NCBI GenBank assembly: GCA_040767085.1
Contig: JAXGPF010000003.1
Span: 32,001 to 96,000, forward strand
DNA length: 64,000 nucleotides
From: Kiritimatiellia bacterium
GTDB taxonomy: Bacteria > Verrucomicrobiota > Kiritimatiellia > JAAZAB01
Direction: 5' to 3'
Below, piece after piece: positions 1-10,600 of this stretch; position 1 is the first letter of the stretch; the number at the start of each line of letters is the position of its first letter. The notes under the pieces are model-generated. The model worked only from the letters and a program-made list of their open reading frames with translations. It was not told where the DNA came from and did not search any database. Made by a program: the position numbers and the translations under genes.

Positions 1-759
1 GCGGTCGAATTCCAGGTTGATCGCCTCGCAATGGGCGTTCAGCACCGGAACCCGCACGCAGGTTGCGCTGACGCGCAGTTTTTTATCGCCCAGAATCTTG
101 CGGCTTTCATTCAACATTTTGATTTCCTCGCTGGTTTGCCCGGCATTGCCCGGCTTCACCCCGCCGATTTTGGGAATCAGGTTGAACGCTATCTGGTGCG
201 GATAAACCTCGCGCTGCAAGGGTTTGCCGGCGGCGAAATCGCGGACTTGCTGCTCCAACTCCAGCAGCGCCTGCCGGCCGGTGCCGGAGACCGCCTGGTA
301 AGTGCTGGCGATAAACCGGCGGACACGGGCGGCGCGGTACAGCGGCGCCACCGCCATCAACGCGATGATCGTGCTGCAGTTCGGATTGGCAATCAACCCC
401 TGGTGTTGCGCCAGGGCGTCCGGATTGACTTCCGGGATCACCAGCGGCACGCGGGAATCCATGCGGTAATCATCGCCATTGTCAATCACCACGGCGCCTT
501 TTTCCACCGCCGCCCAGCCATATTGCTGCGAAGCGCCTTTGGCGCCTTCCGTGCCGGCAAAAAACGCGAAATCCAGCCCGTCAAACGCTTCCGGCGCGGC
601 GGCCGCCACGGGGTAGCTTTCGCCGTCAATCTCTTCCATGCGCGCCGAGCGCGCGATGATCCGGATTTCCGCGGCCGGAAACTTGCGCTGCCGCAGCACG
701 CGCACCATCTCCGCGCCCACCGCGCCGATGCCTACCACGCCTACACGATATTGCTTCAT
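1..759 (-). CDS. asd: aspartate-semialdehyde dehydrogenase (3' end runs off window)
   Basis: Not in the ORF track; translated by hand from ATG at 759: MKQYRVGVVGIGAVG...VPLVIPEVN...IANPNCST...STYQAVSGTG...SATCVRVPV..H. These are the ASADH motifs, including the catalytic Cys in NCS. Lies directly downstream of leuB. Confidence 0.95.
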   Translation of the reverse strand, partial: MKQYRVGVVGIGAVGAEMVRVLRQRKFPAAEIRIIARSARMEEIDGESYPVAAAAPEAFDGLDFAFFAGTEGAKGASQQYGWAAVEKGAVVIDNGDDYRMDSRVPLVIPEVNPDALAQHQGLIANPNCSTIIALMAVAPLYRAARVRRFIASTYQAVSGTGRQALLELEQQVRDFAAGKPLQREVYPHQIAFNLIPKIGGVKPGNAGQTSEEIKMLNESRKILGDKKLRVSATCVRVPVLNAHCEAINLEFDR

Positions 760-772
760 CTCACACCCCGCC

Positions 773-1840
773 TTATCCGGCGACGCCCTGCGCCACCATG
801 TCGCCCACTTGGCTGGTGGAATACCCCATTTTGCCGGCGCCCAGATTCTTGATTTTATGCGCGGTCACATGCATCACGGCCTGTTCCACCGCCTGGGCGG
901 CTTCCAGTTCGCCCAACTCGCCCAGCATCATGGCGCCCGCACAGATCGCCGCCAGCGGGTTGATGACATTCTGGCCGGTGTACTTGGGCGCGGACCCGCC
1001 GATGGGCTCGAACATGCTCACGCCCTCGGGATTGATATTGCCGCCGGCGGCAATCCCCATGCCGCCCTGGGTCATGGCGCCCAGGTCGGTGATGATGTCG
1101 CCGAACATGTTTTCCGTGACGATGACATCGAACCACTCGGGGTTCTTCACCATCCACATGCAGGTAGCATCCACATGATAATACTCGCGCTTGACATCGC
1201 TGAAATCGCGCTGGCCCATCTCATGGAAGGCCCGTTCCCAGAGGTCGAACACGTACGTCAGAACATTGGTCTTGCCGCAGAGCGCCAGCGTCTTGCGCTT
1301 GTTGCGCCGCCGGGCGTACTCAAAGGCATAACGCAGGCAGCGGTCCACCTGGTGCCGGGAATAGACCATGTTCTGCACGGCGACTTCGTGGGGCGTGCCT
1401 TTCATGGAAATGCCGCCCACGCCGGTGTACAATCCGCCGGAGTTCTCGCGCACCACCACGTAATCAATTTCCGCCGGCCCCTTGTTTTTCAGGGGGGTAT
1501 CCACGCCGGGATATAATTTCACCGGGCGCAGATTAATGTATTGATCCAGTTCAAACCGCAGGCGCAGCAGGATGCCCTTCTCCAGAATGCCGGGCTTGAC
1601 ATCCGGATGTCCGATCGCGCCCAGGTAAATCGCGCGGTACTGGCGCAATTCGTCAAGCACGGAGTCCGGCAGGACTTCGCCGGTAGCCAGGTAGCGCGCG
1701 CCGCCCAGGTCGTAGTGCTGCAAATCCAGCTTGAAATCGAATCGGGCAGCGGCGGCTTGCAGAACCTTGACGCCTTCGTTGATCACTTCCGTGCCGGTAC
1801 CGTCGCCGGGCAACACCGCAATTTTGTAGCTCTTTTTCAT
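773..1840 (-). CDS. leuB: 3-isopropylmalate dehydrogenase
   Basis: IAVLPGDGTG.EV, VRENSGGLY, ENMFGDIITD, FEPIGGSAP, INPLAAI motifs. ATG at 1840 is preceded by GGGAGG. Confidence 0.88.
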   Translation of the reverse strand: MKKSYKIAVLPGDGTGTEVINEGVKVLQAAAARFDFKLDLQHYDLGGARYLATGEVLPDSVLDELRQYRAIYLGAIGHPDVKPGILEKGILLRLRFELDQYINLRPVKLYPGVDTPLKNKGPAEIDYVVVRENSGGLYTGVGGISMKGTPHEVAVQNMVYSRHQVDRCLRYAFEYARRRNKRKTLALCGKTNVLTYVFDLWERAFHEMGQRDFSDVKREYYHVDATCMWMVKNPEWFDVIVTENMFGDIITDLGAMTQGGMGIAAGGNINPEGVSMFEPIGGSAPKYTGQNVINPLAAICAGAMMLGELGELEAAQAVEQAVMHVTAHKIKNLGAGKMGYSTSQVGDMVAQGVAG

Positions 1841-1876
1841 TTCGCCTCCCACGGTTTTCTTTGAAAATGAAGGCGC

Positions 1877-1906
1877 ATGGTAGCATATAACCGCCAGGCA
1901 ATGCAA
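1877..1906 (-). promoter_or_regulatory. putative sigma70 promoter for leuB-asd
   Basis: Minus strand TTGCAT-N18-TACCAT with TG (extended -10) in the AT-rich divergent intergenic region. Confidence 0.35.
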
Positions 1907-1998
1907 ATCAATTCCGCGGCTAAAAATAGACTGTTGCGGGATTTACGAGCTTGATATATATTGAATACATTGCCGGATTTCCAAGTGTTTGAACATGA

Positions 1999-2967
1999 TT
2001 GCCGCCAATGGCCTCCATGACCGCACCCAACCCATCCCCCGCCCAACCCGCCGCCCGCGGCGCCAGCGTGGTCATCCCAATCATCAACGCCGCGGAGCTG
2101 CTGCCCGCCCTGCTCGACCGGCTGGCGGCACAGGAGCCCGCGCCGCCGGCGGAAGTCATCCTGGTTGATTCCGGGTCCGCGGACAATCCGCGGGCAATTG
2201 CCAGTCAACGCGCGCATGTGCGCGTCATCCCAATCGATAAATTTTCCCATGGCCGGTCCCGCAACCTGGGCGTGCAGGCCGCGGCCGGCGAATTTGTCGT
2301 GCTGATGACCCAGGATGCCCTGCCGCGCGACAACCAATGGCTGGCGGCGCTGCTGGCGCCGTTGGCCGACCCGGCGGTGGCGGCGGTGTTTTCCCGGCAG
2401 GTCCCGCGCGCCGATGCCCCGCCCACGGAGCAATTCTTTCTGAATTACCATTTCCCGCCCGGCGCGCCCCGGCGGTGGCAGGCGGATGCCCGCGCCGCGC
2501 CGGCCTTCGGCCGGACGGTCTTCTTTTCCAACGTCAGCGCCGCCATCCGGCGCGACTGCCTGCTGCAGCATCCCTTCGACGAAGCGCTGATCATGAGCGA
2601 AGACCAGCAACTGGCGCGCGACTTGCTGGCGGCCGGACACGCCATAGTTTACCAGCCCGCCTCCGCGGTGATTCATTCCCACCGCTACTCGCTGGGCATG
2701 GCTTTCCGCCGGTACTTTGACAGCGTCTATTCGCTGACGGCGATTTTCCCGGAACACGACATGCGCGCCAGCGCGTCGCTCGGCCTGTCTTACCTGCGCC
2801 AGGAGGCGGGCTTCATCCTCCGCCGCCATCCCTGGTATCTGCCCTATTACCTCCTGTATACGGCCGCCAAGACCGCCGGCACGATTGCCGGGCATTACGC
2901 CGACCGCCTGCCGCGCCGGCTGACGCGCCTGTGCAGCCTGCACCGTTACCACTGGGATGTTTCATGA
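1999..2967 (+). CDS. family 2 glycosyltransferase (rhamnosyltransferase-like)
   Basis: VVIP..N, ILVDSGS.D, LMTQDALP, FFSNVSAAIRR, IMSEDQ motifs. Start uncertain (1999, 2008 or 2017). Confidence 0.88.
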   Translation: MPPMASMTAPNPSPAQPAARGASVVIPIINAAELLPALLDRLAAQEPAPPAEVILVDSGSADNPRAIASQRAHVRVIPIDKFSHGRSRNLGVQAAAGEFVVLMTQDALPRDNQWLAALLAPLADPAVAAVFSRQVPRADAPPTEQFFLNYHFPPGAPRRWQADARAAPAFGRTVFFSNVSAAIRRDCLLQHPFDEALIMSEDQQLARDLLAAGHAIVYQPASAVIHSHRYSLGMAFRRYFDSVYSLTAIFPEHDMRASASLGLSYLRQEAGFILRRHPWYLPYYLLYTAAKTAGTIAGHYADRLPRRLTRLCSLHRYHWDVS

Positions 2968-5546
2968 AAACGCGATGGCTGTTCATCTGGTCACTGCCGG
3001 CGGCCGCCTTGCTCTACGCCTGGCTGAGCTGGCCGCTGCCCCTGCACTTCACCCGCGGCATTCCCGCCGCCGCCCATCCCGCGCCTTCCAGCGTCCAGCC
3101 CACGATTCCGGGCGACCACCTGCAACTGCTTTACCACTTCTGGCTGGCCGGCGACATGCTGGCCGGCGGCACCAGGCCCTTTTATAACCTGTATGAATTC
3201 AATACCGGCGACGACCGCGCACGGTTCATGCCGGGATCCTATTACGTCCCGTTTTCCCTGCTGTACGCCGCCGGCGCCGCGCTGGCCGGCCCGGCCGGCG
3301 GATGGAACCTGGCGTCTTTGATCTCTATCTGGCTGACCCTGCTCTTCACCTGGCTGCTGGCCCGCCGCTTTACCCGCCATTGGTGGATCGCCGGCCTGGC
3401 CGCCCTGGCGGGGCTGTGCCTGCCATTCCGCTGGATCAACCTGTTCGGCGGCAGCCCGGCCGGGTTCGCCATGGCTTGGCCGCCGGCGATCTGGCTGGGG
3501 GTGGACCTGGCCGTACGCCAGCGCCGCGCCGCCGGCGGGCTCCTGGCCGGTTTGGGCGTCCTGCTGGCCTGCTGGTGCGATACACACGTGTTTTTTTTCA
3601 GTGTCCTGGCCATCCCCGCCTGGTGCTTGATCGCCCTCCTGCTGGATGAAACTTTTAACTGGCGCCAGCCGCGGCCATACCTGCGGATCGTCGCGGCCTT
3701 GCTGCCTCTGGCGGCGCTGGCCGGCGCGGCCCTGGCCTTTCCGGCACTGCTGCAATGGATCACAATCCGCGTCACCGGCGCACTGCCGGAAGCCGCAGCC
3801 ATCACCGAGCGCACCTTTCCTGAAATCAAACTGTATTCGCCGCCGCTGCGCGGCCTGTTCGACTGGCAGGCGGCCGGCCTGGCGGAGCATATCTTCATCG
3901 GCCTGGCCCTGCCCGGCCTGCTGGGCCTGGGCGGACTGGCCTGGTGCCTCCGGCCGCGCCAGGCTTGGCGGACCGACTGGCGCCGGCCGGCGGCCTGGCT
4001 GCTGTTATGCGGCATGATCGCCCTGATCTGCCTGCTGGCCGCGGGAGTTTACGGACCCGGCGACGGCGCGGCGCTGCAATTTTTCCGCACTCTCATTCCG
4101 CCTTATCGGATGATCCGCCAGCCGGCCAAAATTTTCACGCTGATGCCGAGCCTCCTGGCCGCGGCGGCCGCCCTGGCGGGCAGCGCCCTGGCCTGCCCCG
4201 CCGGACGGGCGCGCCGCTGGGGTATGGCGCTCTTCGTGCTGCTGCTGGCGGCGGCAGGCTGGGAATACGGCCGGCGCATCAACCTGACCATCTCTCTGCT
4301 TGCTCCGCGCCAGGCCGCTTATGCCGCGGTGGCGGAGGACGCCGCCGGCCGGGGACGGACGCCGCGGGCGCTGGTCCTGCCGCTTTGGCCGGGCGATTCC
4401 CACTACACCTCGATTTACCAGTTTTATGCCGCCAACTACCATGTTCGCATGGTCAACGGGTACCGCCCGTTCGTCCGCCGGCACTACCTGACCAATGTCT
4501 TCGAGCGGCTGGTGAGCGCCAACCAGGGTTGGATCGCGGACGATCAACTGGCGCACCTGGCCGGCATGAACGTTGACTACATCATCCTGCACGAAGACTT
4601 GTTCCCCGAAAAAGTCAGCCCTTTCCCCGTGGGATTCACTGTTAAAAACCTTCTGAATCATCCGCGGCTGCGGCTTTTGCGCCAGGATCAAGCGGTCAGG
4701 GCCTTCGCCATCCGCCCGCCGGCGGAGGCCGAGGCTGCCGCGGGCGCTGCGCTCCGGCCGGACTGGAATGTCTTCGGCAGCGCGCGGCGCTGGGAAGCGG
4801 AAAAAATCCGCTCCGTCAATACCCGCCAAGTGCAGGCTGAGTCCGCCAGCGGGGGGAGATGCCTGGCGCTGGAGACGGAAACCGCGCGGGTACAAACCCC
4901 GCCCATCTGGACCTGGGGCGCGCCGGACCTCCGCTGGCTGGTGCGCGTGCGCGGCGGCGGCCTGCTGCAGGCTGAAGCGATGGTCCACGAGACCGCCCTG
5001 CCGCTGGACGACCTGGCGATTGATTCCTCCGACTGGCGCTGGCAGGCCGTACCGGCGGAAGTGGCCAACGGGTACGCGCCATTAAGCCTGAAACTCGAGT
5101 GGCAGGGCGGCGCGGCGGAAATTGACATGGTCCTGCTGACCGCCGGCCATTGGAATACCGAGCCCGGCGCGGGCGACACGATCGGCATTCCAGCGCCTTG
5201 TTTCTTCCATGCCGGCTACATTGACCCGCAGGCCGGCAGCGTGGTGCTGCGCCGGGAGCTTGATCCGCAAGCCTTGATTTTTTACGGACCGAAACTGCCC
5301 CTGGCGCCCGGCCGGTACCGCGTAGACATGCACTACCGTTCCCCGGCTGCGCCCGGGACGCCGGCGGGACAGTTTAACATCCGGCAACGCGCTGCCGATC
5401 CGATCCGCTGGACGCCGGTGTTCGCCGGCTACCCTGCCTCCGCCGAATTCGATTTGCCGGATAACCTTCCGTTTCACCTCGAATTGCTGTTCACCGGCCG
5501 GTCGGACCTGGAAATCAGCGGCGTGGATTTTACCCGGCTGAAGTAA
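2964..5546 (+). CDS. multi-pass membrane protein (GT-C/YfhO-like) with C-terminal soluble domains
   Basis: ATGA overlap with the GT2 stop. Many hydrophobic segments, an N-terminal GDHLQ loop, RMVNGY motif and a soluble C-terminal region. Confidence 0.6.
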   Translation: MKTRWLFIWSLPAAALLYAWLSWPLPLHFTRGIPAAAHPAPSSVQPTIPGDHLQLLYHFWLAGDMLAGGTRPFYNLYEFNTGDDRARFMPGSYYVPFSLLYAAGAALAGPAGGWNLASLISIWLTLLFTWLLARRFTRHWWIAGLAALAGLCLPFRWINLFGGSPAGFAMAWPPAIWLGVDLAVRQRRAAGGLLAGLGVLLACWCDTHVFFFSVLAIPAWCLIALLLDETFNWRQPRPYLRIVAALLPLAALAGAALAFPALLQWITIRVTGALPEAAAITERTFPEIKLYSPPLRGLFDWQAAGLAEHIFIGLALPGLLGLGGLAWCLRPRQAWRTDWRRPAAWLLLCGMIALICLLAAGVYGPGDGAALQFFRTLIPPYRMIRQPAKIFTLMPSLLAAAAALAGSALACPAGRARRWGMALFVLLLAAAGWEYGRRINLTISLLAPRQAAYAAVAEDAAGRGRTPRALVLPLWPGDSHYTSIYQFYAANYHVRMVNGYRPFVRRHYLTNVFERLVSANQGWIADDQLAHLAGMNVDYIILHEDLFPEKVSPFPVGFTVKNLLNHPRLRLLRQDQAVRAFAIRPPAEAEAAAGAALRPDWNVFGSARRWEAEKIRSVNTRQVQAESASGGRCLALETETARVQTPPIWTWGAPDLRWLVRVRGGGLLQAEAMVHETALPLDDLAIDSSDWRWQAVPAEVANGYAPLSLKLEWQGGAAEIDMVLLTAGHWNTEPGAGDTIGIPAPCFFHAGYIDPQAGSVVLRRELDPQALIFYGPKLPLAPGRYRVDMHYRSPAAPGTPAGQFNIRQRAADPIRWTPVFAGYPASAEFDLPDNLPFHLELLFTGRSDLEISGVDFTRLK

Positions 5547-5560
5547 ACGGGCGGCATGGA

Positions 5561-7609
5561 TTACCGGGCGCCGCGCGGCCGGCGCACACCTAAATCCAGC
5601 AGTTCAACGATGAAGCGCGCCTGGAATGGCCCAAACGCGGCGGCGCCGCGCAACCGGATGGCCAGCATTCCCCGCCGGCGTATCAAGTCATTCCGCCCGA
5701 ACGGCATCACCCGTCCATCATCGGCGATGTAGGCGATGCGGCCGGACCAGGTCTTCCGGCCGGCGGCCAATTCGATGGTCATATCATCGGCGCGGGCGGT
5801 GGAAACATTCAATAACGCCAATACCGACGGACCGGCCGGCGCCCCGCGCCATAGCACCGGACATACATCCGGCAGGCCGCGCGCCGCCGCCGGCAGCGCG
5901 CCGCCGTACAGCCATTGAAAGATTCCCTGGAATTGCGTCTGCCGGACTTCATTCAACCAGAACCCGTTCTCGCCCAGCGGGGCGGCGCTGACCACGCAAC
6001 GCCGGCCCTGGCGTTCCAAGGCCAGCATGCCGCAAGCGCCGGGCCGGCCGGCCAGGGTTATGAAACGCGTCAGCGGCCGGCGGCCCGACCCGGCGGCGGC
6101 CGCGATGCGCGCGACCGTGCCGGCCCGGCGCGGAACCAAACCGCCGGCGGCCGCGGCGTTGCAGCGGTCCGCGAGCATCATCTCCAACATGCAATCCGTC
6201 GACTCCACCTGCCCGCGGATGCGCCATCCCGCCAATTGCGGCAGATTCAACTTCAGCGCCTGTTCCAAAGCCTGGGAGTCCATGAAAACATTTTGATGCT
6301 CGAATATGCCCGCAGCCTGTTCCCGCGACATGGGGAAACTGTCCCGGGTCAACACCGCCACGGGGCTGGCATCGAAGGTCCAGGGAATGCCCAGGCGCCA
6401 GAGAATCTGCGGAGCCGGTCCGATGTACATTTTCACGTCCTGGGCGCGCTGCCGGCGCAGTTGCGCCGCCTTGGGACTGTAAATAACCTGCACGCCCTGC
6501 ATCCTGGCATCATCGGGCATAAAGCCCAGGATGCGATTGAACACCCGGTTGTTGCGCGCCAGGATGGCGGCGAACGGGTGGTCCGCCGCGACCCGGTGGG
6601 TTGAGCCAAACGGCCAGATATTAATTTTTTTCAAGCCGCAGGCCAGGTTGGCCTTGATCTGAAAATCGAAACCGAATGCCGCCGACTTGTTGAAAGTGGA
6701 ATGCGGGTAAAAATCCACTTCCGCCTGCAGTTCCGTGCCGGGCGGGACCTGGCCGCATTGGTAGACCGTCTCCGTCAGACCCTTCAAAAGCATCAGCCGG
6801 TCGGTGTCGGCATAACATCCCTGCCCGGGGCGCACCACGGGCTGCAACCCGCCGGCAAACGCCTCGACCAATTCGCGGAAGTCGCGGCCTTCCAGCGCGG
6901 AAATTTCCGTGCAGGTCAACATCAAGCCCAACCTGATCCGGGGATTGACGGCATGCACGGCCGCGCGCAGGTCCCGCGCCAGCTCCACCAGCAAAACACG
7001 CTTGAATTCCATCCAGTCGTTTTTGACCCGATGCGTTTCCGGCCGCTCCAGGATGGCCGCCAATTGCTGGCGATCAAGCTTATGGCCGAACCGGCGCCGG
7101 AATTCCCGCAAATGCAGCGGACAGAAACAAGTCGGCCCCATGCCGGAAATATATTCATAGCGGAAATCATCATCCGTCAACATGACAGCCGGGCCGGTGC
7201 CGGCCAGGGCGGCATAATAAGCCTTGATGTATTCAAGGTAAACGGCATCCAGGGGACAGGGATGGAGGACCGCCGCCTTGCCGGACATATCCACCCGCGG
7301 CTGCTGGAACCCGATGTAATCCCGGCCGGTGTAGGAAGTGGCCATAAACGTGCGCACCACGCAATAACCCGGCTGGATGCCGGCCTTGCGCAGACCGTTA
7401 ACAATCGGCGTCAGTACACGGCAACGCGCGGGCAGCTCCCTGCGCGGCAGGAATACGGAAACGTCCCGGCGCAAATTCACCGGCACCAGTTGCACCTCGC
7501 GGATGCCCGCCGTCCGGCAGAATCCGATCATCGCCCGCAATTTGGCCGCGGTGTCGAAATGTTCGAATCCGATCCGCAGCGCATACTCGATTTGTTTTTG
7601 TTTACGCAT
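5561..7609 (-). CDS. hypothetical glycoside hydrolase-like protein
   Basis: Long ORF starting at ATG 7609 (MRKQKQ). CPLD, DDDFRY and CFCPLH motifs resemble putative TIM-barrel hydrolases. Family not assignable by eye. Confidence 0.55.
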   Translation of the reverse strand: MRKQKQIEYALRIGFEHFDTAAKLRAMIGFCRTAGIREVQLVPVNLRRDVSVFLPRRELPARCRVLTPIVNGLRKAGIQPGYCVVRTFMATSYTGRDYIGFQQPRVDMSGKAAVLHPCPLDAVYLEYIKAYYAALAGTGPAVMLTDDDFRYEYISGMGPTCFCPLHLREFRRRFGHKLDRQQLAAILERPETHRVKNDWMEFKRVLLVELARDLRAAVHAVNPRIRLGLMLTCTEISALEGRDFRELVEAFAGGLQPVVRPGQGCYADTDRLMLLKGLTETVYQCGQVPPGTELQAEVDFYPHSTFNKSAAFGFDFQIKANLACGLKKINIWPFGSTHRVAADHPFAAILARNNRVFNRILGFMPDDARMQGVQVIYSPKAAQLRRQRAQDVKMYIGPAPQILWRLGIPWTFDASPVAVLTRDSFPMSREQAAGIFEHQNVFMDSQALEQALKLNLPQLAGWRIRGQVESTDCMLEMMLADRCNAAAAGGLVPRRAGTVARIAAAAGSGRRPLTRFITLAGRPGACGMLALERQGRRCVVSAAPLGENGFWLNEVRQTQFQGIFQWLYGGALPAAARGLPDVCPVLWRGAPAGPSVLALLNVSTARADDMTIELAAGRKTWSGRIAYIADDGRVMPFGRNDLIRRRGMLAIRLRGAAAFGPFQARFIVELLDLGVRRPRGAR

Positions 7610-7620
7610 GATTTGCCTTT

Positions 7621-10600
7621 TCAGCGCCCGGCCGGTTGACCGGCCAGCCATTTATCCCAGAGCGGTTTGCGATACTGACGGATGGTATCGGCATCCCAGC
7701 CGATGGGAATTTCCACTTTATACCCGGTAATCCGGCAGAGCGCCTCGTTGGCGGCGTATCCGACGCCATGATGGGCGTCGGCCATCGCTGCTATCAAAGC
7801 CGGCACGGCGGCTTGGGCCTTCAAGGCGCCGAGCGCCGCGGCGGCGGACGCCCGCACCTTCGGATCGGAATCCTTGAGCGCCGCGATCAAAGGGTCAATC
7901 GCCGCCGGCTGGCCGATCCGGCCCAGGGCCGTGGCGGAATTTTCTCTGACCAGCGCAGCCTCATCCCGCAGGGCAGCCAGCAGTAAATCCGCGCTGCCGC
8001 TATTGGCGATCCTGGCGCAGGCGCCGGCCGCCGCGGCGCGCACGTCCGGATTTTCATCCTGCATTGCCTGCCGCAAGGCGGTTGCGACTTCGGACCCTTT
8101 GAATCCGCCCAAAGCCTGCGCCGCGCGCGCGCGGACATAGGCATCCCGATCGCTGACAAGCCTGGCCAATGCCGGCAGGGCAGCCTGGCCGCCCGCCGGC
8201 GGAACCAGCGCCGCGGCGGCATTGCCCCGCGTGCGCGGATTATCCGAAGCGAGCGCCGCCGCCAGCGCCTCGAAGGCGGGTGCGCCTATCCCGCGCAAGG
8301 CATCCACGGCCATGGCTTGCACCGATTCCTCCGGCGCGGCCAGCGCTGAAACCAGGGATGGAATGGCCGGGGCGCCGATGTCCGCCAAAGCCGCCGCCGC
8401 CTGCCGGCGCACCCGCCAGTCCGGATCGCGCAATGCCCGCATCAGCGTCGCTACCGACTCCCCGGCCTTGATCCTCCCCAGCGCCGCGGCGGCCGACGCG
8501 CGAACTTGCGGCTCCGGGTCATCCTGCAACGCTTTGGCCAAAGCTGGCACGGCCGCGGCCGAGCCCGCCGCGCCGAGATTGATGGCCGCCCGCATGCGCA
8601 ATTGCACCGGCTCAGCCGCCAGCATCCCGGCCAGCATTTTAACTGCACCGGCGCCATGAGCTGAACGGCCGATGGCACCCAGCGCCGCGCAGGCCGACGC
8701 GCTGACTCCGGGCCGGCCGTCCGGCAGGAGTTTGCCCAACCCGGACATTGCCGCCGCGCTGCCGGCATTACCCAGCGCCCAGGCGGCCAGGCGGCAAACC
8801 TGCGTCTGCGGCGCCGACAGGTCGGCCAGCAGCCCGGCGGCAGGGGCCGGATTGCCCGCCGGAGCGCCGCCGGCCGCGCTGGCGGAGCCCAGCGCAATTG
8901 CCGCGGCAGCCCTTGGATTCTGCTGCAATTCCTGCAGCAGGTACGGCCGCTCCAGTTCTTCCAGCGCCATCGCCGCGGCATGCTCCGTGCCCCACACCGG
9001 CCGGCCTTCCAGCGCCATGCCGGATTGCGGCATGACCGTCATGGCGAAATCGCGGTCAACTTTGATGGTTTTGCCGTCGGAGATGCCGACATGGCCGGCC
9101 ACCGGGCCGGATTTGTTGAAACTAACCTTGTATTCATATTCTCCGGATCGGAAAGTGACGGTCAGCCGGTCATCGGTTTCTTCCAATTCACCGGCGGCCA
9201 TGGCGGCGGCTTCCATTTCCGCCGTTTCCAGCAAGTGCAGGAAACAATCCGTTTCGCGCTGATCGCCCGGCCGGACTTCGATCCGCCAGCGGCCCTGGAA
9301 TTCCGGCACATCATCGGCAGATTTCATCATCAAGTCCTTGAGATAAGGCGAGTTTACCGGCATGCCCCAATTGCGCCCGGAAGCCCAGAATTCCCGCCCC
9401 GGGCCGCCGATTTTCTCCAAAACCGCGTCGGAGGGATACAGGGTCCGGCAGAATATCCGGCCCTGGTCCTGCGCGGCGGAAAACGCCCGGCCTTTGATGA
9501 CCGGTTCGTTGGCGGTATGCAGGAGCCAGGTTTTGACAAAATCCTTTCTGGCGGCAGTGACCCGGTCGAACACCACGATATGCTGCGGCGGCAGGAACAC
9601 AAACTGCCGGATATTCTGCCGGCATTCGTTGGTGTTGTAGGTCGGGGTTAAATCCGCCGCCGCATAGGCATACTCCGGGCGCGATTCGAACGCCAGCACC
9701 CGGGCGAATTCGCGGCCGAGATCCTGCCCGCCGGTATGGTCGAGCATTTCGCCTTCCCACTTCACCTGTCGCGCCGGGTTGCGGACTAAGACGCAGTTAT
9801 GCGCAATGGTCTGCGCGAAATAAAACGTCGCGCCATCCGGCACCTTGGCATAAGAATGCGCGCGGCTGCCGGTGTCCAGCGCGAGAAAACCATTGCGATA
9901 GATGGAAAAATGCCCCGCATCGTGATGCCCCCCGAAATATTGCCCCCCGCCGGTGGAGAGCAATATGTAAGTATCGTTCGAGCCGAACCCGGACGACATC
10001 AGCACCTTGCCGCGCCCTTCGAAATTACGCGCCAGGGGCATACCGGCAGGAATGCCGGCCGGCGGAGCCGCCTCCGTATCCAGCAGAAACTGCAACACGG
10101 GGAATTGACCGGGAGCCGGCCGGTATTCCGCGCCCAGCCGGTCGCGCAGGTAACGCGCAAGCCCGGCCTCCTGCGGATGCGTTTTGCCGAAGAAATGGAT
10201 GAATTGCCCCAGGTGATCGAACAACAAATCGGCGCGGATGGTGCCGCCGCGCTTGTGCCAGTCCTTGCTGAATCCGAACTGCTTGAATCCAGCCGGCGTA
10301 ATGCCCAGGATATTGCGCAGGACATGATGCGGGGTGATCCCCAGATAGGCCCAGGCGGCGGGAATCTGCTCGTCCCAGGCGGACTGCATGCATTGCATAT
10401 AAATCCAGACCGGCGTCGGCGTCTCGGCATATTCGTAACCCAGGCGTCCCACGGCAAACGCCCCCGACCCGCCGTCATCCATGGCGAACTCCGGCTGCTT
10501 GTTCCATAATTCCCAGTTATGGGCGAAGCCCTGCCCCAGCGCGGCCACGGTTTGGGCCAGCTCGATGTCGCTTAAATCCCCGTCCAGCGTTGAGAGTCCG

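Noticed and set aside
31-1516. Plus-strand ORFs 31-852 and 638-1516
   Set aside because: Antisense shadows of asd and leuB, expected in high-GC DNA.
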